From: Rubripirellula sp.
Lineage (GTDB): Bacteria; Planctomycetota; Planctomycetia; Pirellulales; Pirellulaceae
DNA length: 64,000 bases
Assembly: GCA_965216875.1 (NCBI GenBank)
Contig: OZ244207.1
Span: forward strand, 6,496,001-6,560,000
Direction of reading: 5' to 3'
The notes below the pieces were generated by a model, which worked only from the letters and a program-made list of their open reading frames with translations, was not told where the DNA came from and made no database searches. The position numbers were made by a program, and so were the translations under genes. This document shows positions 29,551 through 38,874 of the stretch, piece after piece (position 1 is the first letter of the stretch; each line of letters begins with the position of its first letter).

Positions 29551-30711
29551 ATGCCGAAGACTGTTCTCGCGATGATCAGTTCGATGCGTGGCGGCGGCAG
29601 CGAACGCCAGACGCTTCACCTATTGCGACACTTGGATCGATCAACATTCAGGCCGCATCTCTACGTGACCTCGCGCGACGGGGCACTGATGGACGATGTT
29701 CCAAGCGATGTTGTGATCCACGCCTATAGTGACCAGCAAGCATCGAGCGGATTCTATTACCCCGGTCGCGCCCTCAACCAGCAGGTGGCGCACCTGCGCG
29801 AGGTGATCACAGATCATTCGATCGATGTGATCTACGATCGAACGTTCCACATGACCCTCGTTGCAGGTCAGGCTGCGGCAGAGCTTGGTGTGCCAAGGGT
29901 CTCGACCATCGTCTCTCCGCCAGATCGAGCGTTGCCGCTGGTCGAAAAACGGTTTGTTGGTCTCAAGCGACGACGGCTCGCTCGAGCTTATCGACAATCC
30001 AAAACGGTGGTGGCAGTCTCTCGACAAGCAAGTGAATCGGCCGAGCGGTATTACGGTTTGCCACCTGCAAGCGTTGAAGTGATCGCAAATGGAGTCGATG
30101 TCGATCGTTTGCGTCAAACAGCCAGGTCAGGTCACGCCAAGCCAAGTGATCGCTTGCGGTTGGTTTGCGTTGGTCGGATGACTGAAGAAAAAGGCCACGC
30201 CGATCTGATCGAAGCCATCAAACGTCTTGATGAGGCTTGGCCCGAAACGCTTTCACCGATCGAGTTGACCCTTGTCGGTGACGGTCCACTGCGCGAGTCT
30301 TTGGCACAGCAATGCCAGTTGGCGGCCTTCAAAAAGCATCGCGTTCGGTTCATCGGAGCGGTGTCGGATGCGGCATCCGAAATCGCTGCCGGCAACGCGC
30401 TTGTGTTGCCGTCCCACTTCGAAGGTATGCCCAATGTCGTGCTCGAAGCGATGGCGTTGGAGGTTCCGGTGATCGCAACGAGAGCGGGTGGAACGGTCGA
30501 GCTCGAGCAAGACGAGCCGACGCTCTTTTGGGCGGACCCCGCTAATCCGCTACAGCTTGCTGATGCAATTTTGGCGTTTGCAAAGGACCAAAACGCGGGC
30601 GGCGAAGCAACCGCGAGGCATGTGAAAGCAGCAGACGATTTGATCTCGCGAAATCACGACATTCGGTCCAATGTCCGCAAGATCGAAGATCTTTTGGGTA
30701 AAGCCCTTTAG
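29551..30711 (+). CDS. Glycosyltransferase family 4
   Basis: GGGSER, IANGVD, VGRMTEEKG, PSHFEGMPNVVLEAMA. Confidence 0.9.
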   Translation: MPKTVLAMISSMRGGGSERQTLHLLRHLDRSTFRPHLYVTSRDGALMDDVPSDVVIHAYSDQQASSGFYYPGRALNQQVAHLREVITDHSIDVIYDRTFHMTLVAGQAAAELGVPRVSTIVSPPDRALPLVEKRFVGLKRRRLARAYRQSKTVVAVSRQASESAERYYGLPPASVEVIANGVDVDRLRQTARSGHAKPSDRLRLVCVGRMTEEKGHADLIEAIKRLDEAWPETLSPIELTLVGDGPLRESLAQQCQLAAFKKHRVRFIGAVSDAASEIAAGNALVLPSHFEGMPNVVLEAMALEVPVIATRAGGTVELEQDEPTLFWADPANPLQLADAILAFAKDQNAGGEATARHVKAADDLISRNHDIRSNVRKIEDLLGKAL

Positions 30712-30810
30712 CCACGCTCGCGAGTGCGTGGAATTGGGAAGTGTTCAAGATCATGCCGGATCTGCGTCGCTGTCGCTCCTTGATCCGGCCAACACGATGA
30801 TCCGGCCTAC
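30709..30810. repeat. REP mosaic: family C (30709-30731) + family D (30752-30793) + extra GATCCGGCCTAC
   Basis: Direct matches to 25207 and 25329; lies between convergent genes. Confidence 0.75.
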
Positions 30811-30825
30811 GCACTCAAAGCTTGG

Positions 30826-31674
30826 TTAGGAACGAACCAGTTCTTCGACGAGCGGAATCACATCTTTGTCGTAAGTGAAGCCGACCGATTCACCGCTGTC
30901 GGAAAAGACTTTGACCAACTTGCCATCTTTCCCATAGATCAGCACGGCGGGAATCGAATCAAGTTCGGTCGCTGAATAGATTTCGTCACTCGGCGTGCGA
31001 CTGATGTACGTAGTGAATTCGGCTCCAACACTTTGCACGAATGATTGGACGCGCTCGGCATAGTATTCGGGCGGCCGTGATTTTCGACCGTCGTAGTCCA
31101 TGTCGACGGCAACGCATTGGACCGATTCGCCATGTTCTTTGTGCAATCGAACCAATCCGGGAAATTCTTTCAGGCATGGTTCACAGGCGAGCGACCAGAG
31201 ATCGACGACCGTGATTTGGCCTGAACCGGTGGCGACCGTTTGGATTTCATCCCAAGTCCCGTACTCCACGGGGCTCGTTGTACTGGCACCGGCTTCCGCA
31301 GGCGGTTCGGTTGACAGGTCGGCATCGGATGGCAATTCGAGCCCGCCTGATTTCGACGCGGGAGTCTCGGAGGACTGGCCAGGATCGGCATCGCTGGGAA
31401 GCTCAAGGCCACCTGGCGGTTGAGGGGCGGTGGTGTTGGAATCGGCTGCGGACGGATCAGCGGAAGAGGCCGAGCTATCTGAAGACGCACCTTCATCGGT
31501 CGCTGTTCGTTCCGGCGGAGAAACGACATCGTTTTCGGCGGAATTCGATCCGCCGCCACAACCGACGCTCGTCACCAGCATCAAAACTGCCAGCGAGAAG
31601 GGAAAAAGGGTCGAGATTTCTGTCAGTCGGTTGGGGCGACCAAGTTGATCGTCCGCATGCATATTTTCACTCAT
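30826..31674 (-). CDS. TlpA-like thioredoxin lipoprotein with Pro/Ser-rich linker
   Basis: Lipobox SVGC, duplicated GGLELPSDAD, VVDLWSLACEPCLKEFP (CxxC). Start uncertain (31674 or 31662). Confidence 0.8.
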   Translation of the reverse strand: MSENMHADDQLGRPNRLTEISTLFPFSLAVLMLVTSVGCGGGSNSAENDVVSPPERTATDEGASSDSSASSADPSAADSNTTAPQPPGGLELPSDADPGQSSETPASKSGGLELPSDADLSTEPPAEAGASTTSPVEYGTWDEIQTVATGSGQITVVDLWSLACEPCLKEFPGLVRLHKEHGESVQCVAVDMDYDGRKSRPPEYYAERVQSFVQSVGAEFTTYISRTPSDEIYSATELDSIPAVLIYGKDGKLVKVFSDSGESVGFTYDKDVIPLVEELVRS

Positions 31675-31838
31675 CGACCTATCCGTCTGTATTTCGGCGG
31701 GTGAAGCTAGTTCTTGGTGATCCGTTCGAATTTGATTACGCCAGATCGCCCGATCGACTAGATTGTATCGCGTGGGTGACAATCCGGACACAACAATCAA
31801 CTTGAAAGAGAGCCGAGCGAAATACCGTGGATGGGGAC

Positions 31839-32453
31839 ATGTCGACAACGCAGCTGGTGGTCGCCTCGAAGCAAGGCGATAACGAGGCGCTGGGACGATT
31901 GCTCGAGCAGTATCGCGGTTACCTGCTGATGCTAGCTCACCGCTATCTGTCCGATCGCTTGCGGCGTCGTGTGGATCCGGCCGACATCGTTCAGCTGACC
32001 TACCTTGAAGCCAAGCGTGATCTTCCTGCCTTCCGCGGTGAAACTCCCGCCGAGTTCGCTGGATGGTTGCGCGGAATGCTCAAGAACAATGTGGCGACGG
32101 CGGTGACGCGCCACGTTACCACACAAAAGCGTTCTCTCACGCGCGAAGTCGATGCTTCCCCACGACCCGGAAGCGATTCCGCAGGTGCTTGGATACAACA
32201 GTTGCCCGGCAGCACGACCAGCCCAAGTGGCGTCGCGATTCGATCGGAGGCGGTGATGGCTTTGCTTGAATCGTTGCACGAACTTCCCGAGACCCAAGCG
32301 GAAGCGATTCGATTGCGATACATGGAAGGACTTCCGCTAGCGGAGATTGTCGAGCGTATGGGAAAGAGCGATACCGCAGTCGCAGGACTGCTCAAACGCG
32401 GACTGCAAAAGTTGCGAACGATCATGGACACCCAAAGCAGCCCCTGGCTCTAG
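31839..32453 (+). CDS. ECF sigma-70 factor, planctomycete type
   Basis: GDNEALGRLL, RVDPADIVQ, FAGWLRGML, LPETQAEAIRLRYMEGL..EI..RMG...AGLLKRGLQKLR. Confidence 0.92.
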   Translation: MSTTQLVVASKQGDNEALGRLLEQYRGYLLMLAHRYLSDRLRRRVDPADIVQLTYLEAKRDLPAFRGETPAEFAGWLRGMLKNNVATAVTRHVTTQKRSLTREVDASPRPGSDSAGAWIQQLPGSTTSPSGVAIRSEAVMALLESLHELPETQAEAIRLRYMEGLPLAEIVERMGKSDTAVAGLLKRGLQKLRTIMDTQSSPWL

Positions 32454-32648
32454 CCAATCAGAGTGCTAGCTTTCGGATTGGACCAACATGCTGGCCAAAT
32501 CATGACCCGGCTCAACCAACCCCAGCGCAGACACCGATCGCCAACGCATCAACGGAGCGCCTCACAATTTCGAGAATGAGGCCTTAAACGTACGGCCTGT
32601 TCCTTTTCACTTTTCCTAGCCGGACTCGTTCAAGTCCCGAATGTATCG

Positions 32649-34808
32649 ATGGCTGAACCGCCCACCGACGATCCTCTCGACGAAGCTTTCGCAGCCTACT
32701 TGCGATTGTGCGATACCGGTGAAGTCACCAGCCGGGAAGAGTTCCTTGCGCAGTTCCCGGAATTCGCAGACGAACTGAAAGAGTTAATGGAACAGGCCGA
32801 CGTCATCGGTCGCGTGACATTGAGTGGTGCGCCGCAAGGATTGGGCGAAAACGCGGAAGTGGTTCCCGGTGCCGACACCATTTCATCTCACGCTGGTGAC
32901 CCAGCCGATTCGGGAGGCGATCCGGCGGCGACCCTACCGATGGCCAATCGGCGCAAAGGGGATCCCGGTCCAACATTGCCATTCGACCTTGGCGATTATC
33001 AATTACTTGAAGTGATTGGTCGCGGCGGTATGGGTGTGGTCTATCTGGCCAAACAAAACCATCTCGACCGAATGGTCGCCGTGAAAATGATTCGGGGCGG
33101 CATGCTTGCCGACGAAGCGGATGTCCGTCGGTTCTATACCGAAGCTCAGGCGGCGGCACGCCTTCATCACGCAGGAATCGTCTCGGTTCATCAGTTCGGA
33201 CGCCGCGCGGGACACCACTTCTTTTCGATGGAATACATTCGCGGCACCGACCTGCAGCGAAAAATTGACAGCAGTGTGATGGAGCCCGAAGAAGCGGCTC
33301 GCTATGTACGCGATGTGGCGCGTGCCATTCACCACGCTCACCAAAACGGTGTGTTGCATCGCGATTTGAAGCCTGCCAACGTCCTGATTGACAAGCAGAA
33401 CCAGATCCACGTGACTGACTTTGGATTGGCCAAACACATGGATGCCGACAGTAGCGTCACCCATAGCGGTGCTGCTGTCGGAACGCCTCACTACATGGCT
33501 CCCGAGCAAGCTGGTGGGCATAGTGATCGCGCCAGTCGTCACAGCGACATCTACTCGCTCGGCGCTGTTCTTTTCGCGTGCCTTGCTGGTCGGCCGCCGA
33601 TCATTGCCGACACCGTCGTGCAAACGCTTGTCCAGGTCGTCCACAATCCAGCGCCGCCACTGCGTTCGGTTCGGGCTGACGCTCCAATGGATTTGGAAAC
33701 AATCGTCGCCAAATGTTTGGAAAAGAACCCCGCTAAGCGGTACGACACGGCCGAGCATTTGGCCGATGAACTTGACGCCTATCTTGAAGGACGCCCGATC
33801 GATGCCCGGCCTCGGTCGCGAGCGATGCGGGTTTGGCATTGGATCGAAGGGGTTCCGGTCGTCGGTGCCCTCACCGGGCGCCGCGTATTGAATGCATCGG
33901 AGAGTCATCGTCGCTTTCAAGCCGCGTTGCTCTTGTTCGCGTCGTTGTCTCCGTTCCTGTTGGTGGGGGCAATGGTGATTTGGAATCGCCACCTTCAATC
34001 GATGCCCGCCGACATTGCCATTGGCGGCGGATTGACCGGAGGCGTCTACAACGATTTCTCGGACGAGCTGGCGCAGCGAATTCAAGCCGCGTACGACGTG
34101 CCTGCTAAGGTCGTTCAAAGTGGTGGATCGGACGACAACCGCGAAAAGTTGCTCTCACGTGCGATTGATCTTGCGCCGATGCAGGCAACGGCGATCATTG
34201 GCGACGACCTTTGCGTGGTGGCACCCCTCTTCTATGAAGCCATTCACGTTTTAGTGCAAAAGGAATCGCAAATCACTTCGGTGCGTGAGCTTGGCGGACG
34301 AAGTGTTGCGGTGGGACCGGTCGGAAGCGGGTCGCGCGTCACGGCTGACCTCGTTTTTCAGTCGCTCGGGTTAAGTGACAACGTGGATCGAAAGTTGGTG
34401 CCGTGGACAACACTTGCCGAGCCCGACGCACCCGAGGCCGCGATCATCTGTATTGGCCGAGGCAGCCCTCTGGTGACCGAACTGCTGGGAAGTGGTGATT
34501 GGTCGCTGTTGTCGCTGCCGATGGCGAATCAGATTTCGGAACAGCATCCGACGTTACGAACCATCACCATTGCTCAGCGACACTACGAACAGGCTGCGTT
34601 ACCGGAACAAGGCATTGCGACGGTTGGCACAACCGCGTTCTTGGCGACGATTCAAGATGCGCCAAGCGAGCTTGTGACGGGAACCCTCGAGGCGCTTTAC
34701 CAAGACCCTCCGATTATCGGTTTGATCCCACGCGATCGAGCGGCCGAGTGGCATGGCCTCGATTTCCACCCGGCAGCGCGCGACTATTTCTTTCACAGCG
34801 ACCGATAG
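32649..34808 (+). CDS. Hanks-type Ser/Thr kinase - TM - TAXI-family solute-binding domain
   Basis: GRGGMGVVY, VAVK, HRDLKPAN, DFG, GTPHYMAPE; TM; then GGGLTGGVY, SGGSDDN, LFYEAIHVLV, VGPVGSGS, FHPAARDYF. Confidence 0.9.
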   Translation: MAEPPTDDPLDEAFAAYLRLCDTGEVTSREEFLAQFPEFADELKELMEQADVIGRVTLSGAPQGLGENAEVVPGADTISSHAGDPADSGGDPAATLPMANRRKGDPGPTLPFDLGDYQLLEVIGRGGMGVVYLAKQNHLDRMVAVKMIRGGMLADEADVRRFYTEAQAAARLHHAGIVSVHQFGRRAGHHFFSMEYIRGTDLQRKIDSSVMEPEEAARYVRDVARAIHHAHQNGVLHRDLKPANVLIDKQNQIHVTDFGLAKHMDADSSVTHSGAAVGTPHYMAPEQAGGHSDRASRHSDIYSLGAVLFACLAGRPPIIADTVVQTLVQVVHNPAPPLRSVRADAPMDLETIVAKCLEKNPAKRYDTAEHLADELDAYLEGRPIDARPRSRAMRVWHWIEGVPVVGALTGRRVLNASESHRRFQAALLLFASLSPFLLVGAMVIWNRHLQSMPADIAIGGGLTGGVYNDFSDELAQRIQAAYDVPAKVVQSGGSDDNREKLLSRAIDLAPMQATAIIGDDLCVVAPLFYEAIHVLVQKESQITSVRELGGRSVAVGPVGSGSRVTADLVFQSLGLSDNVDRKLVPWTTLAEPDAPEAAIICIGRGSPLVTELLGSGDWSLLSLPMANQISEQHPTLRTITIAQRHYEQAALPEQGIATVGTTAFLATIQDAPSELVTGTLEALYQDPPIIGLIPRDRAAEWHGLDFHPAARDYFFHSDR

Positions 34809-34954
34809 AGTCTGCTCGTCATAATCGTCACAACTCCTCTCGTTGGAGATTCACATTGACGACATGGTGACCTTCTGTGCCCCTCGCTTCGTGGTGTGAG
34901 CCATCCGAAACCTAGAGTTTGGCAAACCACCTCGGTAGGTCCGACTGAAGGTCT

Positions 34955-36868
34955 ATGACGACAGAGAGCAGCGAAACGCAGTCCCCACGCACGGCTGAAA
35001 GACCGTCTGAGGACAACCTGCGCGATCACCACGGCTCGCTGCGCAGCAAGCTGGTGCTTTCTTTGGCTGCGATGTTCTTCGTCTTCCTTACGATTGACGA
35101 AATGGTTCGTCAGCAGGTGATCAAACCCGAATTCGCGGCACTTGAACGTGCGGGCGCGATTCGCGATGCAAATCGAGTGATGGCGGCGATCAACGCGAAC
35201 GTCGATCACCTCAGCGATTTGGCCGAACATTGGGCCGGTACGGCGGATCTCGAGCATCTGCGTGAAGACGTTGGCTTCAAAGAGCAACAACAACCCCACC
35301 TCGACCAAGAGAATATGGAGTGGGTTGCCGCGGTAATGAATGACGGGAGCTGGCGCTGGCTACAACGCAGTCGAGCCATCGAAGCTGCCGGAATCGCGGA
35401 CACTGACTTTCGCGAACTCGCTGGTCTTTGCCTGGAATCCGACACACGATTGTTGCGCGGAATGACTCGCATTGGCGGTCAGTCACTGATGATGTTCGCC
35501 GCTGTCGAATCACCATCGGCCGATGACCCAGGTCCGCAGTGCAGTCGGCTGGTCGTGGGCCGGGCGGTTGACCAGGCTTTGGTCGAAACGCTCCGCAAAC
35601 AAACACAAGTTGATTTCACGTTGCAATCACTTCGTGACGGATCACGCGAGAAGAAGCTTAGCGTTTGGGAAGCTGACGATTCGATCTTGGTCGTCGAATT
35701 CCAACTCGCTGGGCTCAACAACCAACAACTAGCAAACCTTTATGTGCAAGTGCCGCGCGACATCACGGCACACAGCAGCCATACGAACTCGGTCGCTCGC
35801 AACTCGTTTATCTTCGGAGCCGTTGGCGCACTGTTGCTGCTTCTGCTGTTGTTGCAGCGAATCGTCATTGGCCCACTGACATCGATCCGTGAACACTCCG
35901 ATCGAGTTGCCGAGCAGGGGTTGGAAACGGATCCCTTGGTTCTGCCTAGCAACGACGAGATCGGCGAACTCGCATCAGCATTCGACAACATGATGCTTCG
36001 GTTGCGAGACACCCAGACACAACTCGCCGAAGCCTCTCGGGCCGCAGGACGCAGTCAAGTCGCAAGCACCGTGATTCACAACGTTGGCAACGTTTTGACA
36101 AACGTCAACAGCTTGCTGGATGTTGCGGCTGGGCGTGTTGACGGACTTCGGATCGAACCGCTCAGCAAGCTCGCGGATTGTTTGCGAGGAGCCGAGGGTA
36201 CCGACGGAGGGTTGATTGATGCGACGCCAGATTACCTTCAAGGTCTCGCCGAGTCGCTCGATTCGGACCGCGAAACCATTTCACAGTTGATTTCGACGTT
36301 GCACGACAACGTCCGCCACATTCACGATGTGATTCGCGACCAACAACGACATACAGGCCACGAATTAAAGCGTCAGTCAATCCGCCTCCAGGATGTGGTG
36401 GACGAGGCGATCGGATGCTGCCGCGCTCGGCTGGACCAAGACAACGTGCAAGTGAGTGTCAATGGTGACATCGATGTCGACGTTCAAAGTGATCATTCGC
36501 TGCTGTTGCAGACCGTGATCAACGTGATCGGAAACGGACGTCACGCGACGCGTTTGGTTGACCAACCGCGCACGATCGACATCATCGGCAAAACGAACAA
36601 CGATTCGGTCAGCGTGTCGTTTCGCGATAACGGCATCGGAATGAATGAAGAGACGCTCGCACGTGTCTTTGACGCACACTTCACGACCAAGAAAACGGGA
36701 AGCGGACTCGGATTGCATTTCTGTGCGATTACGTTGAAACGACTCGGCGGATCGATCGAAGCAACCAGCGATGGACCGGGACAGGGCGCGACGTTCATCG
36801 TCACGCTGCCGTTAGCCGAGAGTAGCCAACGCTTGAATTCGACCCAGGCAGCGGGGGCGTTGGCATGA
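34955..36868 (+). CDS. Sensor histidine kinase (CHASE4-like, HAMP, HATPase)
   Basis: Two TMs, NDEIGELA (HAMP), IHNVGNVL (H box), DNGIG, FTTKKTGSGLGL, GQGATF. Confidence 0.9.
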   Translation: MTTESSETQSPRTAERPSEDNLRDHHGSLRSKLVLSLAAMFFVFLTIDEMVRQQVIKPEFAALERAGAIRDANRVMAAINANVDHLSDLAEHWAGTADLEHLREDVGFKEQQQPHLDQENMEWVAAVMNDGSWRWLQRSRAIEAAGIADTDFRELAGLCLESDTRLLRGMTRIGGQSLMMFAAVESPSADDPGPQCSRLVVGRAVDQALVETLRKQTQVDFTLQSLRDGSREKKLSVWEADDSILVVEFQLAGLNNQQLANLYVQVPRDITAHSSHTNSVARNSFIFGAVGALLLLLLLLQRIVIGPLTSIREHSDRVAEQGLETDPLVLPSNDEIGELASAFDNMMLRLRDTQTQLAEASRAAGRSQVASTVIHNVGNVLTNVNSLLDVAAGRVDGLRIEPLSKLADCLRGAEGTDGGLIDATPDYLQGLAESLDSDRETISQLISTLHDNVRHIHDVIRDQQRHTGHELKRQSIRLQDVVDEAIGCCRARLDQDNVQVSVNGDIDVDVQSDHSLLLQTVINVIGNGRHATRLVDQPRTIDIIGKTNNDSVSVSFRDNGIGMNEETLARVFDAHFTTKKTGSGLGLHFCAITLKRLGGSIEATSDGPGQGATFIVTLPLAESSQRLNSTQAAGALA

Positions 36869-38874
36869 CCCAAACATTTTCTGCCGTAAGACGCGTGTTG
36901 ATCGTCGACGACCAACAGGCGATTCACGACACATTCGAACGTGTTTTTGCCTCGAAAAAATCGGGCAACGATGCACTCGCCGAGTTTGAAGCCAAGTTCC
37001 TTTCGGGCTCGGGAAAACATGCCGAATCGCCGGCTCACAAAGGCGAACCCCAATACGATGTCGCGCATGCCACCAGCGGCGAACAGGCGTTGGAGCTCGC
37101 GCAGCAAGCCGAAGACCAAGACGATGGCTTTCTGGTTGCCTTCGTCGATATGCGCATGCCGGGCCTTGATGGACTCGAAACGACCGAAAAGCTCTGGGAG
37201 ATCACGCCGAATCTGCAGGTCGTGATTTGCACCGCCTATAGCGACCATATGTGGGACGACGTCCTAAAGAAGCTCGGCTACAACGATCGATTGCTGCTGT
37301 TGCGAAAGCCATTCGAATCGGATGAAGCACGCCAATTGGCGCTCGCACTGAGCGAAAAGAGCCGGCTGGCGATGATCCAGAAACAACGATTCGAGGATCT
37401 GGGTCGCGAAGTCGAATGTCGGCGCCGAGCCGAAGACAACATGCGGGACATGGCCCACCGCGATTCGTTGACCGCCCTTCCCAACCGACAGTTCTTGCTT
37501 GAAAAGCTGGACGAAATCGTCAATCGGCACCGCGATCACCGCGACCTGCCACAAGATGCCGTCCTGTTTCTTGACTTGGACAACTTCAAGATCATCAACG
37601 ACAGTTTGGGACACGACGCCGGCGACGATCTTCTTAATCAAGTCGCCTCGCGGCTGAAGGAATGCGTTCGCGAACACGACACCGCGACTCGCGTGGGTGA
37701 AAAAGAAGGCAAAACCGTTCGCCTGGGTGGCGACGAGTTCGTGATCCTGCTTGAACAGTTGAGCGATTCGAAGGATGCATTGGCGGTGGCCGAACGCATC
37801 GTCAAACGCATTAGCGATCCGTTTCAGCTCGGCGACCGATTGGTCACGATTGGAACAAGTGTTGGCGTCGCCTATATCGATCACAATATCAATGATGCTA
37901 GCGAGGCGTTACGCAACGCAGATACCGCGATGTATCGCGCGAAACACACGGGCAAAGGTCAGATTTCGATCTTCGATCAAACCATGCACGAAGCGGTTGT
38001 CGCACGCATGGAACTTGAGGACCGCCTCCGCCACGCCGTGCAACATGAAGCGTTTGAGTTGCACTACCAACCGATCGTCAATCTATCGTCAGCAACCATC
38101 CAGGGCGTTGAAGTTCTGCTGCGTTGGCGCGATGGCAGCGGCGAATATGTGCCGCCCGGTCACTTCATTCCGATCATTGAAGAGATCGGCTTGATTCGAC
38201 AGGTTGGAGAGTGGGTGCTCGAGACCGCGATGAACGAGTTTGGCGCGTTGCTCGGCAGATTGCCCGACCAATGTGGTGATGTCTACCTTGGCGTGAATGT
38301 CTCGCCCCGACAAATGGGCGACCTGTTTTTCCTTGAGCGTCTCAACAAAATCATCAAGACCGCGGGCTTTGACCGGCGTCTGTTGAAGTTGGAGATGAAC
38401 GAAGCGGGCGACACGCGGCACAGCCAGCTTTGTTTCGAAACAATGCAGGACCTGCATGCCTCGGGTGTTGGCATCCAAATTGATGACTTTGGCAAAGGCC
38501 ATTCGTCTTTGAATTGTTTCCAAGCCTATCCCATCGAAACGGTGAAGATCGATCGTAGCTTTACCGCTTCGATTGCCAGCGACCATAGTCACGCTGTGAT
38601 CACTCAGGCGATCGTGCAGTTGGCTCACCACCTAAACGCGAAAATCATTGCCGAAGGTGTCGAGTCGCAAGATCAACTCGAGTCGCTGCGGAAATGGGGA
38701 TGCGATGCGGCACAGGGATACCTGTTTGCTGCCCCGTTGACTCTAGGCGAACTCAACGAGTTGCTGCTCAATCAGAGTGCCAGCAAAGGCATTCAGATGC
38801 TTCGCAGTGGTGCAATGCCGTCGCTTGCGTTTGACGGCAATGCGACTCAACAGATCAACTTGACCACTAGATGA
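36865..38874 (+). CDS. REC-GGDEF-EAL response regulator
   Basis: LIVDD, DMRMPG, RLGGDEF, EVLLRW, IDDFGKG, KIDRSF, AEGVE; ATGA overlap with the kinase. Confidence 0.92.
   Translation: MTQTFSAVRRVLIVDDQQAIHDTFERVFASKKSGNDALAEFEAKFLSGSGKHAESPAHKGEPQYDVAHATSGEQALELAQQAEDQDDGFLVAFVDMRMPGLDGLETTEKLWEITPNLQVVICTAYSDHMWDDVLKKLGYNDRLLLLRKPFESDEARQLALALSEKSRLAMIQKQRFEDLGREVECRRRAEDNMRDMAHRDSLTALPNRQFLLEKLDEIVNRHRDHRDLPQDAVLFLDLDNFKIINDSLGHDAGDDLLNQVASRLKECVREHDTATRVGEKEGKTVRLGGDEFVILLEQLSDSKDALAVAERIVKRISDPFQLGDRLVTIGTSVGVAYIDHNINDASEALRNADTAMYRAKHTGKGQISIFDQTMHEAVVARMELEDRLRHAVQHEAFELHYQPIVNLSSATIQGVEVLLRWRDGSGEYVPPGHFIPIIEEIGLIRQVGEWVLETAMNEFGALLGRLPDQCGDVYLGVNVSPRQMGDLFFLERLNKIIKTAGFDRRLLKLEMNEAGDTRHSQLCFETMQDLHASGVGIQIDDFGKGHSSLNCFQAYPIETVKIDRSFTASIASDHSHAVITQAIVQLAHHLNAKIIAEGVESQDQLESLRKWGCDAAQGYLFAAPLTLGELNELLLNQSASKGIQMLRSGAMPSLAFDGNATQQINLTTR

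Noticed and set aside
34809..34954. c-di-GMP riboswitch before the HK/GGDEF-EAL pair
   Set aside because: Only GGCAAAC matches; there is no GAAA-capped stem or GACGCAAA.
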